DNA from: Gammaproteobacteria bacterium
Lineage (GTDB): Bacteria; Pseudomonadota; Gammaproteobacteria; UBA6429; Thiohalophilaceae
DNA: 64,000 bases
Direction: 5' to 3'
Assembly (NCBI GenBank): GCA_029880855.1
Contig: JAOUNS010000005.1
Location: 145,130-209,129 of the forward strand
A model generated the notes under the pieces. That model made no database searches and had not been told where the DNA came from. It saw only the letters and a program-made list of their open reading frames with translations. The position numbers were made by a program, and so were the translations under genes. Below, in pieces: positions 32,845 through 38,254 of the stretch (position 1 is the first letter of the stretch; each line of letters begins with the position of its first letter).

Positions 32845-32921
32845 CGTTTCCCTGTGGTGGTGCTCACCGGCACCAACGGGCGGAGTCGAACCGCAAGCCT
32901 TTCGGCCTTTGCCATAGACAG
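32845..32921 (-). other. tRNA-like fragment or pseudo-tRNA (T-arm-like GCGG-AGTCGAA-CCGC but no foldable acceptor/anticodon arms); possible att remnant
   Basis: Has a T-loop consensus and a GC hairpin (GCCTTTCGGC), but the spacing to any CCA/acceptor does not fit a cloverleaf. Confidence 0.3.
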
Positions 32922-32997
32922 CGTGATAGGCTGGTCTGAAGAACGGGGATTGAACCCGTAACCCACTGATTATGAGTCAGTTGCTCTCCCAATTGAG
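32922..32997 (-). tRNA. tRNA-Met/Ile2 (anticodon CAU), canonical D-loop (GG) and T-loop (UUCAAUC); G1 opposite G72
   Basis: Cloverleaf folded by hand. Acceptor tcttcag, T stem ACGGG/CCCGT, anticodon stem ACTGA/TCAGT, loop CTCATAA. Confidence 0.7.
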
Positions 32998-33164
32998 CTA
33001 TCTTCACTGGTGCAATTGATCACTCATCGCTTTGTATACACATTGCTATCCCGTCAGGTGAGCGTCTGTGCACAGGTCAGGCATACAGAACCTGAACCGC
33101 TAAGCTAAATCAATGTATCAAGAGCTTCTGAACGATGTGTTAATTCAACACAAAGTTACAATTC

Positions 33165-33191
33165 TTTATGTTTAACGTGTGGCCAGCTTAA
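33165..33191. repeat. Perfect 11-bp-stem palindrome GTGTGGCCAGC-ttaa-GCTGGCCACAC
   Basis: Read directly from the sequence. Lies downstream of the HNH gene between two tRNAs. Confidence 0.5.
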
Positions 33192-33220
33192 GCTGGCCAC
33201 ACGAGATACAAAGGATCACC

Positions 33221-33291
33221 TCCTGTTACTGTAGGGTGGGCATCGCCCACCAATCCAACCTCAACCAAGTTTTTTTTTCGGTGGGCAATGC
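33221..33291. repeat. Compound inverted repeat GTAGGGTGGGCAT...ATGCCCACCCTAC enclosing two GGTGGGC/GCCCACC hairpins and a T9 run
   Basis: The outer 13-nt arms are exact reverse complements, and the inner hairpins are GGTGGGCATCGCCCACC and GGTGGGCAATGCCCACC. Confidence 0.5.
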
Positions 33292-33310
33292 CCACCCTAC
33301 ATTCATGTTG

Positions 33311-33874
33311 TTAAAACATATCACGACGTTCTTTAGTGCACTGCGCCTTCAGAAACTCCATCTGGTCTGCCTGGATATGGCGATTTCGTAAAATCAGCCA
33401 TTCCGCATGGTTCGGTGTATAGGGAACCGCATGCAAACGCATATTGATTTCCTTTAACAACCGATCTGCCTTGCGTTGATTACATGCCTTACAGGCCGTA
33501 ATTACATTGGTCCAGACATCCTTGCCACCGCGTGACATGGGAACAATATGATCCCGAGTCAGGTGTTGGTTTCCCAGTGTGGTCAAGCAATACATACAGG
33601 TATGACCATCACGACGAAACAACTCACGATTTGTCAGTGGTGGTGTCACCGCATACTTTGAGTAACCTTGTATCCCCTTGGCGGCAATAATTGGATGCAC
33701 ATCCATATAGGAACGGGTATTACTCAGACGGTTCGTCCCACCATAAAATCGCATGGTCTGTTCACCAAGTGTCCATGCCACCTGATCACGGGCATACAGC
33801 AATACGGCTTCCTGCCAGTCGATCCAGCCTGTGGCCTGTCCACTTTGACTCAAACGCAAAATCATGTGAGTCAT
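33311..33874 (-). CDS. HNH endonuclease (homing-endonuclease-like) embedded in the tRNA array
   Basis: 187 aa. HNH motif CMYC...HLTRDHIVPMSRGG...NVITACKACNQRKADR. AAGGAG SD 8 nt upstream. Confidence 0.8.
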   Translation of the reverse strand: MTHMILRLSQSGQATGWIDWQEAVLLYARDQVAWTLGEQTMRFYGGTNRLSNTRSYMDVHPIIAAKGIQGYSKYAVTPPLTNRELFRRDGHTCMYCLTTLGNQHLTRDHIVPMSRGGKDVWTNVITACKACNQRKADRLLKEINMRLHAVPYTPNHAEWLILRNRHIQADQMEFLKAQCTKERRDMF

Positions 33875-33938
33875 TTCGTCTACTCCTTTGTTGTATCGTT
33901 AATAGTTAGCCCATTAACAATTGGGAAGTGTTTAAAAA

Positions 33939-34028
33939 TGGCGGAGAGAGTGAGATTCGAACTCACGGCAGGTTTTAACCTACTCCTCGTTAGCAATGAG
34001 GTGCCTTAAGCCACTCGGCCATCTCTCC
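33939..34028 (-). tRNA. tRNA-Ser (anticodon GCU), type II long variable arm
   Basis: CCA encoded. T stem GTGAG/CTCAC with loop UUCGAAU. Long variable arm. Anticodon loop TTGCTAA. Confidence 0.7.
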
Positions 34029-34032
34029 ATAA

Positions 34033-34196
34033 AAGGTGCGTTCGGTCAGGGTATTACGCACATCCATGTGCTCCACCCTTCGGGCCAGCCTCCGGCTGTT
34101 CAAAATTGCTCCCGGCAATTTTGTCGAACTGACACTCCATAAAGGACCCAAATTTTAAGTTTGGTGCGTTTGCCAATTACGCCACGAACGCATGAA
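34033..34196. ncRNA. Structured repeat element, copy A (hairpins GCACA-tcca-TGTGC, CCC-ttcg-GGG, CAGCC-tcc-GGCTG, CAAAATTGC-tcccg-GCAATTTTG; ends complementary)
   Basis: An approximately 90-nt core is shared with copies B and C, with compensatory base changes in two stems. No ORF. Confidence 0.5.
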
Positions 34197-34198
34197 TT

Positions 34199-34271
34199 TG
34201 GCAGGGGATCCTGGATTTGAACCAGAAATGCAAGTGTCAAAGACTTGTGTGTTACCGTTACACTAATCCCC
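34199..34271 (-). tRNA. tRNA-Gln (anticodon UUG)
   Basis: CCA encoded. Acceptor aggggat/atcccct. T stem with G-U. Anticodon stem CAAGT/ACTTG with loop CUUUGAC. Confidence 0.7.
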
Positions 34272-34281
34272 TTTTATAAAT

Positions 34282-34358
34282 TGGTGCGCTCCCGGGGAGT
34301 CGAACCCCGAAAAACCTGGGTCTAAGCCAGGTACGTATGCCAGTTCCGTCAGAAGCGC
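34282..34358 (-). tRNA. tRNA with Leu anticodon UAG but type-I (5-nt variable loop) architecture, discriminator A73
   Basis: T stem CGGGG/CCCCG with loop UUCGACU. Anticodon stem CCTGG/CCAGG with loop CUUAGAC. Variable loop UUUUU. Confidence 0.55.
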
Positions 34359-34365
34359 ATTAAAT

Positions 34366-34441
34366 TGGTCGTGCCCCCTGGACTTGCACCAGGCACTCCG
34401 AGCTTATGAGGCTCGTGCTTTTCTTGCTAAGCTAGAGCACG
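34366..34441 (-). tRNA. tRNA-Met/Ile2 (CAU), non-canonical class: T-loop UGCAAGU, D-loop AGCAAGAA lacking G18G19
   Basis: D stem GCTT/AAGC, anticodon stem CGAGC/GCTCG with loop CTCATAA, T stem CCTGG/CCAGG, all folded by hand. Confidence 0.6.
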
Positions 34442-34495
34442 TTGGGTCGCTACGCACAACTCTGTGTTCTCGCGACATAAGTACATCCATAAAAA

Positions 34496-34571
34496 TGGAC
34501 ACGCGGGTCAGTGTTGCACCGACATAGTCCTGGTTTGCAATCAGGTACATTTCTAACTCTGCCACCGCGTG
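34496..34571 (-). tRNA. tRNA-Cys (GCA), non-canonical class: T-loop UGCAACA
   Basis: Acceptor cacgcgg/ccgcgtg perfect. Anticodon loop TTGCAAA. The D-arm is poorly canonical. Confidence 0.5.
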
Positions 34572-34592
34572 ATGATTTGGCACCCCGGGCAG

Positions 34593-34624
34593 GAATCGAC
34601 AATTTTGTCTGGAACAAAATTGGT
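34593..34624. repeat. Short hairpin repeat copy 1: GAATCGACAATTTTGtctggaaCAAAATTGG
   Basis: 8-bp stem CAATTTTG/CAAAATTG. A near-identical copy lies at 36843-36874. The stem equals the element A-C hairpin in the opposite orientation. Confidence 0.5.
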
Positions 34625-34740
34625 CATCGCGATAGCGATGCCTGTAAGGCACAGGTCATGGATGACCTGTGACAGCCCACACCAATTGTTTTGGAGGCAA
34701 TTGTTCTGCCATTAAACTACCGAGGCATTAACGAGATTAA
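34624..34740. other. Structured non-tRNA spacer (hairpins CATCGC-gata-GCGATG, CCTGT-aaggc-ACAGG, GGTCATGGATGACC)
   Basis: No T-loop and no ORF. Shares the CATGGATG-core hairpin with 34954-34971 and 36899-36918. Confidence 0.35.
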
Positions 34741-34745
34741 ATATT

Positions 34746-34821
34746 TGGTACACCCGGTAAGATTTGAACTTACATCATTCCGGTTAAAAGCCGGAAGCTT
34801 TACCAATTAAGCGACAGGTGC
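34746..34821 (-). tRNA. tRNA-Lys (UUU), canonical
   Basis: T stem GTAAG/CTTAC with loop UUCAAAU. Anticodon stem TCCGG/CCGGA with loop CUUUUAA. D-loop AATTGGTA. Confidence 0.75.
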
Positions 34822-34830
34822 ATTAAAAAT

Positions 34831-34906
34831 TGGACTCCCTGACCTGATTCGAACAGGTATCTCAAGCTTCGTAAACTAGTATTCTGATCCATTGAACTAC
34901 AGGGAG
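34831..34906 (-). tRNA. tRNA-like gene with perfect acceptor and T-arm (ACCTG-ATTCGAA-CAGGT) but unfoldable anticodon arm; possible pseudo-tRNA
   Basis: Acceptor ctccctg/cagggag pairs perfectly. No 5-bp anticodon stem can be drawn around ...ACTAGTTTACGAAGCTT... Confidence 0.35.
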
Positions 34907-34914
34907 TTGGTTGG

Positions 34915-35070
34915 TCGCGAAGGGTGAACGGCGGGATAGGAGCCGTGAACGCCAGGTCATGGATGACCTGGCTGGACTTTGTAATAACTACATGGATGTA
35001 GTTATTACAAAGTGAACCTTCACCTTCCTGGGTAAAAGCCAGGTGTGCTATCTATTACACCAGCGACCGA
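34915..35070. other. Structured spacer containing a perfect 17-bp hairpin (CTTTGTAATAACTACAT-gg-ATGTAGTTATTACAAAG), a CATGGATG hairpin and complementary ends
   Basis: Read from the sequence. The ends GGTCGCG...CAGCGACC pair like an acceptor stem, but there is no T-arm. Confidence 0.4.
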
Positions 35071-35080
35071 AAAATTAAAT

Positions 35081-35156
35081 TGGCACGCCTGGCAGGAGTC
35101 GAACCCACAACCGTTCGGGTAGAAACCGAATGCTCTTCCGATTAAGCTACAGACGT
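35081..35156 (-). tRNA. tRNA-Arg (UCU)
   Basis: T-loop UUCGACU. Anticodon stem TTCGG/CCGAA with loop TTTCTAC. D-loop AATCGGAA. Confidence 0.65.
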
Positions 35157-35171
35157 GTAGTGTCGTGCTGT

Positions 35172-35247
35172 TGGCGCACCTGTGAGGACTTCAACCTCAA
35201 CCTTCCATCTTCGGACGATGGTGCTCTTGCAATTAAGCTACAGGCAC
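35172..35247 (-). tRNA. tRNA-Arg (CCG), non-canonical: T-loop UUGAAGU (G56) with D-loop AAUUGCAA (C19)
   Basis: T stem TGAGG/CCTCA. Anticodon stem CCATC/GATGG with loop GUCCGAA. Confidence 0.6.
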
Positions 35248-35255
35248 ATTTAATT

Positions 35256-35354
35256 TGGCGGAGAGACAGAGATTCGAACTCTGACACCTGCTCCCGCAGG
35301 CCCTCTGTTTTCAAGACAGTCGCCGCTACCCAGACTCTTTCGGCTTACCTCTCC
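35256..35354 (-). tRNA. tRNA-Ser (UGA), type II; D-arm region unusually long
   Basis: T stem CAGAG/CTCTG with loop UUCGAAU. Variable-arm hairpin CCTGC-tccc-GCAGG. Anticodon loop CUUGAAA. Confidence 0.55.
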
Positions 35355-35360
35355 ATAATT

Positions 35361-35435
35361 TGGTCATCGCCATCGGAATTGCACCGATACCTTCTGTATG
35401 TAACACAGATGTTCTGCTGTTAAACTAGGCGACAT
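35361..35435 (-). tRNA. tRNA-Val (UAC), non-canonical class: T-loop UGCAAUU, D-loop AACAGCA
   Basis: T stem ATCGG/CCGAT. Anticodon stem TCTGT/ACAGA with loop GUUACAU. Confidence 0.6.
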
Positions 35436-35442
35436 TTATTTC

Positions 35443-35619
35443 TTAAGCATAGGGCCGAATCAAATCCAGCAATTCATCCAGTTTTGGGTTATTCCTGTTT
35501 TCGATCCAGGCATTGGCCAATATCCAGCGAAAATTTGCCGGTAAAGGCGTTATCCGGTTGTCAGGAATACGTAGCTGACGACACAAGCGTTGAAATTTGT
35601 TTAACTCGATATTATTCAT
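35443..35619 (-). CDS. Small ORF (58 aa, MNNIELNKFQRLCRQLRIPDNRITPLPANFRWILANAWIENRNNPKLDELLDLIRPYA) inside the tRNA array
   Basis: Perfect AGGAGG SD 6 nt upstream of the ATG. It fills the spacer between tRNA-Val and tRNA-His, and is below the 60-aa cutoff of the ORF track. Confidence 0.45.
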   Translation of the reverse strand: MNNIELNKFQRLCRQLRIPDNRITPLPANFRWILANAWIENRNNPKLDELLDLIRPYA

Positions 35620-35651
35620 AAACTACCTCCTGTAAATTAGGCCAAAAAGAT

Positions 35652-35728
35652 TGGGTTGGCTGAACGGACTCGAACCGATATCGTCATGATTCACATTCAT
35701 GGGCTTTACCAATTAAGCTACAACCAAC
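35652..35728 (-). tRNA. tRNA-His (GUG) with encoded G-1 and discriminator C73
   Basis: Anticodon stem CATGA/TCATG with loop AUGUGAA. D-loop AATTGGTA. T-loop UUCGAGU. The extra 5' G pairs with C73, the His identity element. Confidence 0.75.
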
Positions 35729-35737
35729 ATTGAAAAT

Positions 35738-35815
35738 TGGTCCGTACAAAAGGATTCGAACCCTTGACCTCCTGGCCCCAAACCAGGCGCTCTTCGCAGA
35801 CTGAGCTATGCACGG
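35738..35815 (-). tRNA. tRNA-Pro (UGG)
   Basis: T-loop UUCGAAU. Anticodon stem CCTGG/CCAGG with loop UUUGGGG. 10-nt D-loop without GG. Confidence 0.65.
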
Positions 35816-35821
35816 ATAATT

Positions 35822-35897
35822 TGGTACCTCGATCTGGACTCGAACCAGAAACGCCCGATTATCGGTCGAGTGTTTTACCAATTAAACTATCAAGGCT
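35822..35897 (-). tRNA. tRNA-Ile (GAU), C33 in anticodon loop
   Basis: T stem TCTGG/CCAGA with loop UUCGAGU. Anticodon loop CCGAUAA. D-loop AATTGGTA. Confidence 0.6.
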
Positions 35898-35900
35898 TGG

Positions 35901-36047
35901 GGAACCGGACGGGATTACTTCGTACATCCCTGTACTTCGCCCTGCGAACCAGCCTTCGGCTGTTCAAAATCGCTCCTGGCGATTTTGTCAAACCCGCACA
36001 GACCAGATTGAAGGTCTGGTTGCTTTGACCAATTTGCATACCGGTTC
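35901..36047. ncRNA. Structured repeat element, copy B
   Basis: Same core as copy A, with compensatory changes (GTACA-tccc-TGTAC; CAAAATCGC-tcctg-GCGATTTTG). Ends GGAACCGG/CCGGTTC are complementary. Confidence 0.5.
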
Positions 36048-36053
36048 AATAAA

Positions 36054-36129
36054 TGGCGGGACCGAAGAGGCTTGAACTCTCACCACCCTGATCGACAATC
36101 AGGTGCTCTACCAATTAAGCTACGACCCC
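36054..36129 (-). tRNA. tRNA-Asp (GUC), canonical
   Basis: T-loop UUCAAGC. Anticodon stem CCTGA/TCAGG with loop UUGUCGA. D-loop AATTGGTA. Confidence 0.7.
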
Positions 36130-36178
36130 ATGGTGAATTGGCGAATAGGTTTGTTAAATCACACTCAAAGAATGTTAT

Positions 36179-36322
36179 TTAACAACCCCACTCTCTTTTC
36201 AGTTTCTGTTTATCAGTCCGACGTTTGGACCGTTCAGATTTTTCATGCACACCACCTTTTCGCATCAGTGGATGGTCATGCAAAGGGTTGCGTGGTTTTG
36301 ACACGCGATCTTTTGCTTTCAT
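36179..36322 (-). CDS. Small basic ORF (about 47 aa, MKAKDRVSKPRNPLHDHPLMRKGGVHEKSERSKRRTDKQKLKREWGC)
   Basis: GGAG lies 7-8 nt upstream of the ATG. It sits in a 230-nt tRNA-free spacer and could equally be non-coding. Confidence 0.25.
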   Translation of the reverse strand: MKAKDRVSKPRNPLHDHPLMRKGGVHEKSERSKRRTDKQKLKREWGC

Positions 36323-36360
36323 CTTACTTCTCCGTGGTTAATTAAAGTTGCAAAAAATTG

Positions 36361-36655
36361 GTGGACGGGACGGGGCTATTTCGCACATCCATGTGCTACA
36401 CCCTTCGGGCCAGCCTTCGGCTGTTCAAAATTGCTCCCGGCGATTTTGTCGAACCCGCATCAAATGAGTACCCGGGCATTACTCCAGGCATGGAACATCT
36501 TGGGAAACGCGCACCAGTTGAGACCCGTTACCATAAGCCGCGAACCTGCATCCGTAAACCCGTGGATATTCTCAGTTAACCCATTCAGGATATTACTCCC
36601 CACCATAAGCTAACCGTTTTTTGGTGAGCATTTCCGTTTATGCTACCTGCCCATA
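36361..36655. ncRNA. Structured repeat element, copy C (long form, about 295 nt)
   Basis: The 5' 100 nt are nearly identical to the copy A core. The 3' 190 nt are unique. Confidence 0.5.
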
Positions 36656-36659
36656 AAAT

Positions 36660-36735
36660 TGGTGGAGCTGAGAAGATTTGCACTTCCAACATCCTGCTTG
36701 CAAAACAGGCACTCTACTAGTTGAGTTACAGCCCC
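36660..36735 (-). tRNA. tRNA-Ala (UGC) with G3-U70 identity pair; non-canonical class (T-loop UGCAAAU, D-loop AACUAGUA)
   Basis: Acceptor ggggctg/cagctcc gives G3 opposite U70. Anticodon loop UUUGCAA. Confidence 0.7.
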
Positions 36736-36742
36736 TTAAAAT

Positions 36743-36830
36743 TGGTGGATTGCCCAGGATTCGAACCTGGATACGTCAGAGACTCCTGATTTACAGTCAG
36801 GTGGTGCCGCCCCGTCGCACCGCGCAATCC
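36743..36830 (-). tRNA. tRNA-Tyr (GUA), type II
   Basis: Acceptor ggattgc/gcaatcc perfect. T stem CCAGG/CCTGG with loop UUCGAAU. Anticodon stem CCTGA/TCAGG with loop CUGUAAA. 11-nt D-loop. Confidence 0.7.
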
Positions 36831-36842
36831 AAATAAACTATG

Positions 36843-36874
36843 CGAATCGACAATTTTGCCTGGAGCAAAATTGG
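36843..36874. repeat. Short hairpin repeat copy 2: GAATCGACAATTTTGcctggagCAAAATTGG
   Basis: Near-identical to 34593-34624. Confidence 0.5.
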
Positions 36875-37340
36875 ACGCACGCAATGCGCCCGAAGGGCAA
36901 AGGCCATGGATGGCCTTTGTCAACTTACAAGCCAGAGGCGACGAGGTTACAACTCGTGGGGCTCACCATCTGCCCAACACATCCATGAAAATCAAAGGCT
37001 GAGACTACACCTTTAGCGCAACACCTTTTGTCGGATTACCACCCTCCGTGCGAGGAGAGTGTTGCCGCGTATCCACTTAAACCAACCCGAAGGTTGCGCT
37101 TAAGTAATATTGCATGGCTGCTTTTTTTAACGTGTAGCGATTCACGTGTACCGTAGCGTCTACTCGATATACGTCTTACCGTGTACCTTGCGGGCACTAA
37201 AGAGGAGCAACCTCACCGTGCAGTTGTATATCAATATCCTTTGGCTTGCGGCCGCCGGATCACCTGCCTTCTCTCGCGAGGGCAGGATTAAGCCATTTTC
37301 GACTCTACAGCAGGACGCGTCTTTGCGTTTTTACCTTACG

Positions 37341-37411
37341 GTGAAATCTCGGGAATCGAACCCGAACCAAAACAGGCTAAGTGTTTCGCTCTACCATTGA
37401 GCTACATTTCA
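37341..37411 (-). tRNA. Second type-I tRNA with Leu anticodon UAG; CCA not encoded; G7 opposite G66
   Basis: Canonical D-arm TAGCTCAATGGTAGAGC. Anticodon stem AAACA/TGTTT with loop CUUAGCC. T stem TCGGG/CCCGA with loop UUCGAUU. Confidence 0.5.
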
Positions 37412-37875
37412 AACCTATCAGGATGTGCGCGTCCTGGTGGTTTCATACTGCTTTAACAGTACAAAATGCCACACACCCAATGTCTTTCCACTGTCGTGTA
37501 CTTAACCATGTTTCGAGATATTGTCCCTGATTTTGACACCAGAGCCTTTACCTCTAACATTGCACAGCGCCCTTGTTTACGAGACTCGGACTAACCGCAC
37601 TACTGCTTGCTTCTCGTTGTTCACAACGTTGCCCCCGGTGTTGGCTGGCGACCAACGTCCCATTGCCCCCTTTTCAGGTACGCAATGGTCATACCGGCGT
37701 GCTTACCAACTATCTCCAGCCGACGCTGAAGACTTTGGAAGCGCAGCTTGTCTGAATTGACCTGTCCGTAAAGACAGGTGAAGGGTTATAGGAGACCACT
37801 TCTTTTTCGATATTGCTATCGATTATCGTTGTCAGACCAACACACTTTTTATGTCCGTGCCGGACAATTCAAAAT

Positions 37876-37950
37876 TGGCTCCCGGGGCTGGACTTGAACC
37901 AGCATACAACTGCTTAACAGGCAGGCCACCTACCAATGGTGCACCCAGGA
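37876..37950 (-). tRNA. tRNA-Asn (GUU)
   Basis: T stem GCTGG/CCAGC with loop UUCAAGU. Anticodon loop CUGUUAA. D-loop ATTGGTA. Confidence 0.65.
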
Positions 37951-37956
37951 ATTAAA

Positions 37957-38084
37957 TTTGCTGCAACGGGATCCTTGCTTTGGACTCCTGTCCTCTCGCG
38001 ACATTCGTACATCCCTGTACATCGTTCCGACCTATCGACATCCTGTTCTTATAACAGGCGCTCTACCAACTGAGCTACCGTTAC
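37957..38084 (-). other. Degenerate or interrupted tRNA-like gene: canonical 5' half (D-arm TAGCTCAGTTGGTAGAGC; anticodon stem CCTGT/ACAGG with loop UAUAAGA, UAA-like) but an about 50-nt insert carrying the element hairpin GTACA-tccc-TGTAC where the variable/T region should be
   Basis: The acceptor halves gtaacgg / gcaacgg pair with one G-U. The T-arm is not canonical. Confidence 0.3.
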
Positions 38085-38090
38085 ATTTCG

Positions 38091-38246
38091 TCATACACAT
38101 TGTTATACGGGCCGGGTTTCCCCACCCCGGCTCCCGAAAGTTGGTTCCGCTTTACTTACCCTCGCCTTGTCAGGCAGTAACGAGTAACAAAACAACAGGT
38201 CCGGAACCCTGCCAGGTGCTGCCACACCTCCGTATAACAATGTGTA
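38091..38246. mobile_element. MITE-like or structured element bounded by perfect 18-bp inverted repeats ATACACATTGTTATACGG / CCGTATAACAATGTGTAT
   Basis: The terminal inverted repeats are read directly from the sequence. The interior carries nested hairpins GCCGGG/CCCGGC and GGTTCCG/CGGAACC. Confidence 0.4.
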
Positions 38247-38254
38247 TAGAAAAT

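Noticed and set aside
34033-34196. Elements A-C as intron-containing tRNAs or group I introns
   Set aside because: The end pairings are not followed by a T-arm at the right spacing, and none has a recognisable P7 or anticodon-loop insertion site. Left as an unknown structured RNA.
36103-36345. Plus-strand ORFs inside the tRNA array (36103..36345, 37146..37400, 35737..36075 and others)
   Set aside because: They run through folded tRNA genes and have no SD. The array is transcribed on the other strand.
36361-36655. Element copy C as a tmRNA (ssrA)
   Set aside because: It has no tRNA-Ala-like acceptor or T-arm at its ends and no tag-peptide reading frame with a resume codon. Its core is shared with the shorter copies A and B.
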